A stretch of 64,000 bases of DNA, taken from the NCBI RefSeq assembly GCF_000150275.1, contig NW_002060951.1, forward strand, positions 865,186-929,185, in the 5' to 3' direction. The notes under the pieces were generated by a model. The model was not told the origin of the DNA. It searched no databases and worked only from the letters and a program-made list of their open reading frames with translations. Positions 27,601 to 40,492 of this stretch are shown in pieces. Both the position numbers and the translations under genes were made by a program. The stretch comes from Trichoplax adhaerens (lineage: Eukaryota > Animalia > Placozoa). The number at the start of each line of letters is the position of its first letter. Positions within the stretch are counted from its first letter, which is position 1.

Positions 27601-28647
27601 AACAGATCGATTTTGTCTAATCTCTCAAAGCATTCAAATTTTTTATAACCATTAGCAGAAAGTTTTCATACCTAGTAATCAGCTACCTATAAGCATTGAT
27701 AGCATTTAGAATTTAAATGAATATGCTCAATCCCCAAGGTGTAATAAAAACAAGGTAAATTTCTTCGTACTAACCATCATAAACGCCGTTTTACGTCTGT
27801 TTCTCAAACGATATTTTTTCTCATATTCTTCTATATTACCATTTTTATCCTATGAAAATGAAAATGGAGAATCAAAATCTGTTTTAAATATAACCAATAG
27901 AGAACTTATTATGTTCATTGTCGCTGTTATCCAAAGCACCTTCTATTGCATATAGAAATCTTGTCGAATTTTGAGAGAAGCAAATATCAAATAGCATCTA
28001 TTTTTGTAGCTTATATACAATAAATTTGCATAGAAATTTTAGCACTATATTTGCTCCATGAAGTATGCCGTATGTACTTGAACTGCAGAATATGAAAAAG
28101 TAAATTTTAACTAGCGTAATTGCATACTTCTAGGTACACTACTAGTAATCTAAATTAATCTGAAAGGGATCAGATTAGAAACATGGTGTTCTGAGAATTG
28201 GATAAAAAGCGGGTGGGCAAAATCAGTTACTTCGATAGTGATAATGATAGAAAAATGATGATTATTATGTAACTGAGGTTAAAATAAGATAAAGATAAGC
28301 AATCAATTTCATAATTATGAATTAAATATCGCTTGTGTTTATAGCCATCTAAATTAATCCAAATTAGACGTAACCCGACATACAGTACAAGGGAGAGTAA
28401 AACTAGTATGCAAAATCAGATTACTTTAATTTATGACAATCTTATGATAGCGATAGAGAGATGGAAATTATCTCAGCTAAAGTGAAGTTAATCAAGATAA
28501 ATTATGTAGTAAGTATACAAATAGATAGTAAATTGGCCTGTAGTTTTTTACCACTTGCTGTTCTAACAATTCAAAGTAATTAGGAAAGACTATTACATAT
28601 TTGTAGATTAATATCATCAACTGACTGATTACCATGTTATCGGGCAT
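18672..28647 (-). CDS. ENPP-family paralog B: type II membrane phosphodiesterase plus EndoG/NucA-type nuclease domain with intact active-site residues; multi-exon, apparently complete
   Basis: Exons give MPDNM (28633-28647), a basic cytosolic segment, TM VLSALALLLAFTGGFVIGWF, an Asn/Ser/Pro stalk (26372-26501), [96 protein letters not shown] and stop TAG at 18672-18674. Confidence 0.92.
22467..22724. mobile_element. Candidate solo LTR or short non-autonomous insertion (~258 bp) in an ENPP-B intron
   Basis: Begins TGTAACGG and ends CCGTTACG (7/8 inverted match). It is flanked by an (G)ATAT direct repeat, is GC-richer than its surroundings, and sits in an intron much longer than the equivalent introns of A and C. 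Confidence 0.5.
25955..26004. other. Assembly gap (50 N), intronic in ENPP-B
   Basis: Run of N; the flanking exons splice in frame, so no exon appears to be missing. Confidence 0.95.
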
Positions 28648-30925
28648 TTTCTCCTTCCAATGCTTTCTCTAATAATATTATGGTAGTCTATCTAGGTAGC
28701 TGTATCAACTCTAATTTGGAACAGTACTTTCGTTGGCAGAATAGATTAATCAATCAATCCGATAACGTCATTTATTATATTAATTAATTATTAGTACCAA
28801 TTATTTATTATGCTTCGATTTGTTTACATATAAACAACTTAGAGCTTTAGTTATTTATAGGGCATTTAGATTGTTACATATCGTTCGTTAACGATAATAA
28901 GGTAGAGCGGTAAATAACCGATGAAAGAATGATTAATTTAAGTGGGAGTATAATAATAGACGCTGATGATGAATTGGTTAAATATTCGACAGGATAAGGA
29001 CTCATCCTACAAGTATTCTATGCAGGAATATAATTAGCATATCGATGCATGAGCTAGGTAGGGTATGACAAAAATCAACGTTAAATGCGTTATTTACTTA
29101 AAAATAGCACGTGTGTAAACCTCCATAGAATCGATCAAGTAATCCGCTAATTTGTTCTCTACTCCTTGCATATTAACACCAGGTAAAATTTCATTATAAT
29201 TGCTATAATGGCTTGATGTTATTAGCATAATCTCTTCATCATTTGGTTATTACTAATTAAATGATAATTAATGTCATTGATGTAATTTATCTTGGAGAAT
29301 GCTTGAATCATGTTTGTACTGTAAACAATGACCACCGAAGAAATTCCCTTCCTTAGAATGTCCTCAAGCTCACGTACGACGAAGACATTAAGAATTGAAT
29401 GTAATAAATGAGTGGCAACTATCAACTCTTTCGATCAGAGTCTGACACTAGGCTCAGCAACTTGCTAGTTCTTCCAGTAATTCTACTTTGATTATTTTGC
29501 TTTCTATCGGAGCAATTTCTCGATTTGGTCTTAATTACAATCCGTTACTGTAAAAACGTTTAATTAAATGACTTTGCTTTAACTATCTTTAAGATAATAA
29601 GTAAGGAAATAAGTTAAGATTTGACTATGAGCATCCTATCCTTGCAGGACAGATATCTTACAAGATAACATTGCATAAAAACATTAAAAATATTAGGCGG
29701 CTATCATTCTTTGTGTTGCTACTTTGTTGAAAAGAAGAAATGAATGCTAGACTCTGACTTTAAAATCTGTTCGCGTACCTGTTGTGTATTTGTCTACGAA
29801 CCGAGTCAATCAAAACAAGAATACCTTACACTACTAGTATTAACCAAGTCTGAGAATCAGATATACGTACGCGTACCAATTAAGTCATTTCTAATTTTTA
29901 ATTCACTGCAATGTATAAATGCAATAAATGAGTTTTACGTGGCTTAGAGTTATTGCAATATGACTATATTGAATGAATTTTTCAGAAAAATCATTTACAC
30001 TCTTACCATCGATTAAAAATAAATATAAATATTTTTAACACGAAAGAATATCCTCAAATATCGTCAATGCCTATGCGCGAGTTTTGAATCATTGAGGTGA
30101 TTTAATTCATATCAAGCTACCTTTGAACGAGTATTAACGTTCTGCCTACAGCTACAATATTAGGTATATAAAAATAGGACACCCTATATTTCAAGTTCCT
30201 TTCTCAACATTATATTCTATGCAGTACCATGTATAATATTATAATATCTTTATTAGTCGCCAAAACATGCTTTAAAGCTAACGGAACCTTCCTAAATAGA
30301 AGAAATCTCCTCATCAAACTAGAAAGTATGTGAAAACTTTCATCAATAAGTAGATATATATATAAAAAATGAGGTATCTTATGCCTAAAATTTCTTTTGT
30401 TAACACCATATTCCGTACCTAACCTTATGTAATGCTGTATTATTGATGAATCGAAGAAATGCCCTTATCATACTAGAAATATGCCAAAATTTTAATCAGT
30501 AAGTATGATAGCTAGTAAAGAGTGTTAAGAATCATGCTGATATTTCAAATTAGAGTAAGCAGTTTGAAACAAAATAAAGCTACTTTATTTCAGATTCTTG
30601 TAAGGAGTTATTATACATCTTACATCTTCCTTGACTACAATCCTCTCAAGATCATAAATATGCTAACTGATAGTCCACTTACGGAATATCAACGTATAGA
30701 AAAAAGTACAGATGAAATTCTATTCGATAAATTAGCTAGTTCGATAATTAATCTTAGCATAGCCCTGATTAAGTAGGCTGTTATTTATCCTACTAAACAT
30801 TAGGAATAAATACTGTTTAGTTAGGTGATAATGAATACGTACGATTACTACCATGAAATAAAATCATAGTTGCAGCTAATCTACGTCCAAGCTACTAAGT
30901 CAACGACGTGTATTAAATAGTTATT

Positions 30926-33900
30926 TTAATAAGTGGGCCATAAATCAGTTGGAGAATCGCTCTCAATCATATCCTGCAACTGTATAGGCATATTGGGGAA
31001 GAAGTTAAGACCAGTCAACTTCTCAATTTCTCGAACGCTGGCCACATGGTGAAATAGGTTAGAGTGATAAACCTGTTGGTACAAAATAGGAAAAAATCGA
31101 ATTGAATTAATGTTACTTTCAGCCTAGTTTATCCATCTTTTCTTGTATTAAAATAGATAACAGTGCATAAATACTACAAAAGACCATTTTAAAGGAGGAA
31201 TATTAAACATCAGCATCCTCTCGTTTCATATCATCTCTATTTTCTTAATTAATGAAACTTATCAGTCATATCTGAACTCAACTATAGCATAAACATAGTT
31301 GTTGGCACATATGGCTAAGTGCAAGGACTGATGATTTAAATATTTGGTGTGTTATGATCTTGGTACTAGCATCGAATTCGCCATAAAAGGAAGGAGATCA
31401 ATAGAATGAGCTGCTTATTTTTCAAGCATTTCCTTAGTATTTTGTGTACTACAATATTCTAGATTAACATATGGGCAAATATAGAGAAAATTCATCCACA
31501 GGCAGATAATTGAAATTTTTCTATGCACAGAAATGAAGGAAGGAGAGCTAATGGGATTGATAACGTATTGTTGAGTGTTACTGTAGCTAAGTTATTTGCA
31601 AATCATTCTAGATAGATATGAGCGTAGATTTGTACCTTACCCGTATTTATGCAAGAGACTATAAAATAGACATCATGAGTTATCATGCTTAAGGGTTAAA
31701 TTATATTAGCAATCACACGAAAAGAAATCTATAAAAACTTATTCTTCAACACCTCTCTACTATGTTAGCGATAAGCTATGATCCTTTTAATAACTAGCTT
31801 ACCTGGCACTGTGGTGTAAAACTATCAATATGAGGTAAAACGAAAGCAATAACGTCGAGGTGGCCCTTGCATGGTGAGGAAGTGATGACAGAAGAATTGC
31901 ACAAGACTTGATCAGAATCTCGACATTTGGCAATAATCTTGTAGAAGTGAGTTGGAATGACTACACCACCAATTTCACCTTTAAGCCAACTTAAAAATAT
32001 AGAAAACATTCTCCATTAATTATTCTGATATAGATTTTATGGTTCAAGATTCGATCGTCGGTAATTGAGCTAATTATGTAACTAAAATAGGAAAAAGTTA
32101 ACAGTAACTTACTAGGATGGATCACTCCACACGGTTTTAGGATCTGCCTTGACAATTGAGCCAGAAATGATGTAAACACCACCGAAAATTTTGGCCCAAT
32201 CACGGCTTAGTTTTTCCAGATCTAGCCACGGACCTGTCAAAATTTGAAAATAATGTTTCATTTCCAGCCTTAAGTATTTATTAAATCTTTTGCAATCTAT
32301 GACTTTGAAGCTGCAGTTCTTATCGTACCAATATAATGAAATATCACGGGTTATTATAAATATAAGGAATAAATTACCGGCATTGAAAGGATATTTTTGA
32401 GGAGCAATATTGGACAAGAGGAAAGAATTGCCTTGTGCTTCCAGATCGAAACTCAGTCCGCCTAGAAATGAAATTAAATTAGGATTACTAAATATGAGGA
32501 AGGGTTGCTATCTTTTCATTTCCGTTCACTTTAGACTATGAAAAGATATTCTAACAGAATACTATAATTTTCGTTTCTCACCATTAGGAGCTAAATGGCC
32601 GCGATTATATCCAGATCTATAATAGTTTGAGCAATTAGATGCTTGAGTAGCAATATTTAAACGAATATCACGTCGGAAGCAATCCTTTCTACTTAGTGGT
32701 CGCAATGTTTCCTAATAAAGTGCAGTAAAGCAGATGATGAGATGTTGTTTGTTAATCGAATGTGGGAAGAGTCCTTAAATCAAGTTAAATGAAGGTGAAT
32801 GGATAAAAGATTCGATCATGCTCCTATAGAATAAGTTTATGCCTTTAATATCAACTTACCACATCAGTTAGATGATAGCCAGTAAATATTGGCACACGAT
32901 AAGTATTGCTATAACCGGTAATAAAATGCTTTTGATACAGAGTACAGGTATCCATCGATTTTCGGAATCTTGGTATACCCCACGGGAAATTACGATTTTC
33001 AGATTGCAGTTCTGTTTAGTTAATGATGTTATCAATATAATATATTAATTGTCAATTTTATGATAGGAACTTTGGGTATACAACTTATATGCGGTATTAA
33101 GAACCTTCTTTTGGGGTCATTATTAGGCCTTTATTGAATAAAGGAACATTGATCGTGGCCTATAATCGTCACAAAATAAAAATGTGCTAGTTACGGTGAC
33201 ATAATTCAATCTATTCAAGTTTAGATCTAGCCTCCTCCACTTTCTGTGATGGTTTACTAAGATAGAAGAATATTTATCACGATTTATCATTAAAATAGGG
33301 ACTTTACCTACTACAACAACTCCAAAAGGCGTGAGAATAGATGATACAGTATGCATTAATTATATATTATTAAGCTAGCCCTGATGTATCATAAATTCAA
33401 CTTACTTTGCAATATGGACATACACATTCTGAACAGTTTGCTCTTTCATCAAAAACCATCTGATCGGTAGGTACTCTGCACACTTTACCTGCTTCGCCAA
33501 GATTTGGATCAGTAACAACTACGGGATTGGTTAAGATACTATTCAAACGTCCCATGTTCCCATCATTCTTAGCCGGTTTTACACCCAGTAAGGCTATATA
33601 AATTATGTTGCCAACAATCAGAATTTTAATCTTCTATTCTATAAAATTCTACGGTCTAACATTGCCTCAATGTCGTTGTTATTTTAACTGGTTAATGAGA
33701 ATATGTTGCTAAAGGAATGATCCTACTAATTATTAAAGTACCTGCCATAACGTTGTATAATTCAATATTCTTGAACGGTTTAATTACTTTGGCTTTCTTG
33801 AAGCCAGGACCAGCAGCCATGAAGATTGTCCTCATATCAGTATCTAAATTATCCCAGCCATGGTTAGCACCGTTACAAAATGTATATCTTGGATTATATC

Positions 33901-36900
33901 TGTGTGTTCCAATTACATGCAGTGATGTGAGCATCATATCCAATAGAATGAAGGAAAAGTAAAGGCATTAAGGAAGTATAAAGACGAAAGTCCAACCTAT
34001 TATCCGAATTAGCATCATTTATAAAACTTACGAAGGTCTCACAAGCCAATTCTCATTAGGTAAAATAATTACATCCGGAATACGACTACATAAAGAAATC
34101 AAAGCAAATTCAAAAATAAGTGTTACCACGAAATTTAAGATGCATAAGATGAAGATTGATTAAGAACATAGTTATATTCTTTAATCACTAATTTAAGATA
34201 TCCTATCGAATATATGGTAATTGATAGCATGAATTTACATCCTAAAATGATTTAATCTTTCAATTTCAACAGGGATAAATATTAAACATAGAAAAAGATG
34301 GAACGCTATGTTATCAGAGCTTCACGATATTCGTTATGATACCATAAAATTAAAGTACGAGCTCTGCCATCTACCAAGTTAAGTTACCTGTTATTATCAT
34401 AATGGAATCGAACAGGCATATCCTCCTTCTTATAAACTCTCCAGAATTTGCTCTTACACTTTGACATAAAAAATTGAATTTTAAATTAATAATTATAGCT
34501 AGCAAAGTAAGAATCTACGAAATTCCCAAAGAAGTCATAATCTAGTTATTATGATAAATATAACATACTCTTAACTTTTCAGCAATTTCAGTTGCATTTC
34601 CTGTATTAAGTAATGGAGCAATAAGTTATTAAAAAATCCTGCAGATATTAAAAATGCAGGAAGAATAATTACAGGTATCAAATTAACTTTACCTCCTTTA
34701 ACACGAATTCCTCCAAAAGTTCCGCGATTAATGATATCGTTGGTTGTAATATTGATAAACTAGAATAACAAGAGATCTTTAGCGATATTTTTATGAAGAT
34801 TAGTCTAGCTTTTTATTTATTCTCGGTTTATCCAATTCCACTTACTTGATCGAGGTAAATCATCCTTGAACAACATGTTTTTCTCATACCTAATTGAAAG
34901 ATAGCATTGCACAACATTAAATCCGGTCACCAACTATTCAACCTTTTCAATTAGAGATCAGGATACAGTAAATCAATCTTTCATTTCACTTTAATTAATT
35001 TTATATTACTTATAGTCAAAAACAAGAATAAACTAACCATGGTCTGAGATAACAATAATATAACACAATNNNNNNNNNNNNNNNNNNNNNNNNNNNNNNN
35101 NNNNNNNNNNNNNNNNNNNNNNNNNNNNNNNNNNNNNNNNNNNNNNNNNNNNNNNNNNNNNNNNNNNNNNNNNNNNNNNNNNNNNNNNNNNNNNNNNNNN
35201 NNNNNNNNNNNNNNNNNNNNNNNNNNNNNNNNNNNNNNNNNNNNNNNNNNNNNNNNNNNNNNNNNNNNNNNNNNNNNNNNNNNNNNNNNNNNNNNNNNNN
35301 NNNNNNNNNNNNNNNNNNNNNNNNNNNNNNNNNNNNNNNNNNNNNNNNNNNNNNNNNNNNNNNNNNATACGATACCATAGTTAGGTCGATAACCTGAACA
35401 ACAAAAAACTCTTAAGATGATTTATTCGTATAGTGCATTTGAATGGCATCCTTACAGATCTATATATAGATCAATCTAGCTCAGCTAGATCTACGTCATA
35501 ATGCCAGCCAGCACTGAATTTTGCTACCAAGGCTAACCTTTAATTTCCGATTCAGAACCAACCCAGAAGTAACTTGCGGCTTTTAAGTTATTTTTCCTTG
35601 CAGTAACCCATATCTGAAAGGAAAAGAGTATCTAGTTATAGTATTCATTTTTGTAAGTGTTATAACTGAAAAATTAAGAGCTAAATGAGAGAAAAGGTGG
35701 CAACAATGTGAGAGTTGGTCATATAATCTACAACGAATGTTTTATTTGTTAAACATATTTCTATCCACATCAAGATCGGCCTTTGTCAATAATTAAGTGA
35801 ACTAATATCTCAAAAGTTTTGAGATATTTTGATCTACACTCCATATGATAGATTTTTCCTCGTTAAAATACAAACCATAGCCAAAAAGAAACACATCTAT
35901 CTCCATGGATTGTGATTATTTTCTAATTATAGAATGGTTACGATTCTATTGGTAAACATCATCATGCCTATTGTATAGTCACCATAAAATTGGCCAAATT
36001 GCTAATGCTCAAGATACAACTAAGTCTATAGCTATGTTGCAGCCTTAAATACAAAGGACAGGAAATAGAATATTGATAAAGATCTATATGAAATCATGCG
36101 AAATTGTAAATTTTATTATGATATTGTATGGTAATTATCATCATCCGTGAATGACCGAATTATAACTATCAATACAAGATTATGTATAAAACTACGTTTC
36201 GTGATTAACTTAAGTCTATATTCTACAAAGATAGTACCAGTATGAGGGATGCTGATCTTTAAAGTTTTATCAGCTAGAGCAACAAACTGTAGCAAGTATA
36301 TTACTAGCATTCTAAATCAAATTTTGATATAGGAAAACAATTTAATCAACTACATTTCTAATCATAATGGCATTGTTACACAGATCAGATCCCATCATAA
36401 TCATAGCTAAAATGCAAATTATCTTCGCGAGAAAAAATCTAATTTACTGAAATTGAAGATATGTTACGCTATTTTACACAGAAATACTATTCTTAGGACA
36501 TTGAAAGGCAATTATCAAGGAATTAATATCATTGTCAGATTCTCCTCATTTAACCGAATAACATTTTTCAATCAGAACATTATCGACTAGTACGCTAGTA
36601 ACTAAACTTAAAATGTGATTCGTTCTAAAATTTTTAAACACTTACAGGTTCACCTCCCCACCATTTAGATTGGGTGCTATTCTTAGCGCCAATATAGAAT
36701 TTATCATTGAGTTGGGGATCAAAGAATGTATTCGCCACGATGCCATGGTGGGCCGGATACAGTCCCTATTTGGATGGAAAACTGTCTGATTTATATTTTA
36801 TTTAATATTGGTAGCTAAAGAAAGAAATAGCTATAAAGTAAAATCTATTAAGATACTCTAAAATTAAAACTGATTGATAATGAAACTTACAGTCACAATA

Positions 36901-39900
36901 CTGTAATGATTGGGGAAAGTTTTTGTAGGGAAACATGATTGCATATAATCCGCTCGAACACCTCGGCTTGCTAAATTATAATTGTAAATTTGATTAACAC
37001 ATAAAGTAGGAAGCCTGCCCTATTAATGTAAATTCATTAAATTATCACTAAAAAATAACAATAGACTAGATATAAACAAGTCTTAATAATTATAATATGC
37101 TATTGTAGGAATTAATTATACTTGTATACAGTCTATTAGACACCGTAACATAATTATAGGGTAAATCAAAGTAGAACAGTAATAAACTGTTTTATATTAC
37201 GCAAAAATGAATAATATCTAGACTGCTTGGAATTAAAGCAATGATAATAAATCAGCTACATTGTGAAATCTTATATATGACTGTTGCACATTCAGCTTGT
37301 TGTGGAGCAATTCTGCACTACCAAATTTATTGTTATCATTAGAATTAAGAGATAACTGAGCTATTTTGATTTACCCTACTCTCGGTAGCCTTACCGAACG
37401 CGGTCAAGTTAGGAGAGAAACCACGTTTGTGATAGTCCCAACGGAATCCATCCACAGAGATCAAAAGTAATGGTTTAACTTTTGCACTATTTATTCCATA
37501 CAAAAGCAATTTAGTTTAATCGTCAATACAATTTCATCTTAATTACAATACCATACAAAGAAAAATCTGAACTCAATTAAAGTTGTATGATGTAATAAAA
37601 TCTGACGCACTTGCAAATTGATTTTACGTAAGATGGCGGTGGTGCAGTTGTTCCGCTTGATTGCTGGCCTTGAAAAGCAGCTATTAAAGTTACATCAACA
37701 ATAAAATTTAGTTAGTTAATTGCAGTCTTTGAAGGAACTACAATAGTGTATTTTAAACTAGAATACACTATTATGGGCTTAACTTTATAGTTACTGAAAG
37801 TGATATCGGTATCTAAGGCCATTAATCACAATTAGGCGAAGACTGAAGCCATCAATGGTAAATATTTTATTAAAACAATTGATGATAAATTAAGATATTT
37901 TTACTTCTACATAAGTAAAATATCCTGATCAGATACTTAGGTAAGAATTACTAAAATATATAGCCTAGTTTTAGTTTGATTTTATTATTTGTGTCTGCTA
38001 GATCTATGAATGGGTTTACTGTTTTTTTATTATGATATAATATAATTTATAGTAAGTATTACAGTTTTTTAAGATCCATTTACAGGTATACTATATTTTT
38101 CTATTTGAAATAGCGGTGGTTATGGTTTACGTCTAATCTGTAGTTGCTACATTTAATAAACAATACCAGCAATTTACTGGCAAATATGTCATGAATATTA
38201 TTTATGTAACTGATATGATATGCTAAAAAAATTAAAAGTTAGCTAGATTTTCAACAAGGCGTAGATTAGTTGTACATCCGATTACAATAACATTAGGGAG
38301 GTAGGGCCCATTAGCATACGGTATGCGTATGACCATTAAGTATATTTTAAATCGCTAAAAATTGAATTGCTAACATGAGCGATTCAGCCATTTGGCGCAA
38401 ACTACAAATTTTACTTCTTTTAAATATAACTATATTTATATACTATACGTCTTACCTTTCTGAGTAAATATTCCGATTAGAATACCAATAGTAAATCCAG
38501 CAGCAACAAGGATTATCCCACCAATCTGCAGAGAATATTAAAATCGTCAAATCACTGTAGCAGGAGATTAATTAATGCTGTAAATATCTTATGACAATAT
38601 TACAATTTATTTGAATTTTAAATAATAAAAAAAGGAAACCTTAAGATAGTACAAATTTATCTAACTTTTATTAATATAAATAATACATCCATTAACTATT
38701 GGGCATGCTTAGATATTATTACAATGTAAGAAAGGTTCTTGCAATTACAAATAATTCAAAACCCTGATCTCATTATGCGCTCATGAGAACACGTGCTTAG
38801 CTAAGGTATGTACCGTATTAATGTTCAATGTCATTGTCAAGGTGACAAGGCCTACAACATTTTGAAAGAGGTTAGTTATACATACAGTAATTTTATTGGT
38901 CATTTACAAGCTATTCCAGGGACTTCTCAATTTTTTTACCCAGAAGTCCCTGCTTATTCACGCCAACAGTAAGGTCTAGAATACTTCTAATTATAACCGC
39001 CTAATATAGCTATTCATTAGCAATATTACTTGTCAGAGTATAATTACCAAGAATAATTATTGTACGACACATTAGAATGTGTACAATGACTGATATTACT
39101 CCTGCTTACGGTTTGGCAATGTCGTGCATATTAATTATGATATTGTTATGTTACAAAATAAATGTAATACACAGTACACTGTAAATAACTGCGATATGAA
39201 TTATTACATTAACTCTTCATAAATAATTTTATGATCTAGTGTTATTTTTATTTGAAGATAAATTCTGATTATTTCGGAACTTTCTATTCTCAATAAACTT
39301 TATAAGATATAGCCAACTAGTACTGTATAATATCAACTATAATTAAGATATATCTTTGTAGACATGGCAAAATGATCGTAATTACAGTTGGATGTAACAA
39401 TTATTCCACATCATCCATTATCTTTGAATATGACATTATTTGGTCGTGATCACTTCATAGTTATCAATATTTATGACAGGAGTATGAGTATTGTGTACCA
39501 ACGCATATTATTAGTCAATGTGGTATCTAAAATATTCCTCAGATTCACGTAATCTGAGACCTAGCCGTACTTACTACGTAAACATATACGTTTCTTCGAT
39601 TTCCTCCACGGAAAGTTGTATCGTCGCCAGTTAACTTATCTCTCTGTAAGAATCGAATCAAATAGAATTGCATCAAAGATAATATCTTCAATCAAGTTCT
39701 TGTACCGTACATTAAGAAAACAATTTTAGAACAAAAACTTTTTCAGTCAGTTCATATCAATCAATATAGCGAAGATAAGTGAAAGGTCATTCAAGCATTA
39801 CAATTAGAGCGCTTAATAATGTTACGTTAAGCCTAATCCCAAGGCAATGCAATGCAATTCAGAGCAGTTTTTTTGATTTGTAGAAATTCATAATTATAAC

Positions 39901-40492
39901 TTTAAATCTTAGTAAAAGCTACGTAGACGGAATTCGATGTACAATACAAATTTACTGTAGCTACTGCGGATCCCCTATACTCAGGATCTATCTAGGTACT
40001 TGTCAACTCATGATAGGTAATTTACAAGATGTTCTATGCTAACTAATTTGAGTACCGTGAGCTATAGGATTATATATGGCAAAATTTTGAAACTACGGAC
40101 GTTATGGTGAAATTGAACGTTAATTCAACGCTATTTACTAAAATTTCGACTGCAAATTGTAAATACATCTACTCTTAAATTGCCCAAAATTAAAATCTAT
40201 CAATGCACCACTGCACCAAGTAATCTATACGATGATGCGAATCAATTTTCTGTAAGTAGTTCACACATGTAAAATTTATCTGGGTACTGCATGATAATAA
40301 TCCATTTATAACCACATCAAAGATTCGTACAGAAAGTAGTTTGTTGAGCAAAAAAGTTTATAAATTCAATTGAAAGGATTAGCCAAAAGCTCATATAATA
40401 GAACAATTTCACCACTTCTCATGAAACATATGTAGATTAATCTGTAGTTATTTTATAAGCCAGACGAAATAATTTTTTACCTTTTCAGACAT
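30926..40492 (-). CDS. ENPP-family paralog C: type II membrane phosphodiesterase plus nuclease domain with intact active-site residues; several central exons presumed hidden in an assembly gap
   Basis: Exons give MSEK (40481-40492), TM IGGIILVAAGFTIGILIGIFTQ, a short stalk (37611-37680), [80 protein letters not shown] and stop TAA at 30926-30928. Confidence 0.9.
35070..35366. other. Assembly gap (297 N) interrupting ENPP-C exons
   Basis: Run of N that cuts the GYRPNYW exon. Confidence 0.95.

Noticed and set aside
28990-29665. Short recurring CTTGCAGG...TCCTACAAG-like quasi-palindromes (also near 44050-44070)
   Set aside because: Too short and variable to separate from chance without a genome-wide count.
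35016-35378. 120-aa ORF in the track
   Set aside because: Almost entirely N; artefact of the assembly gap.
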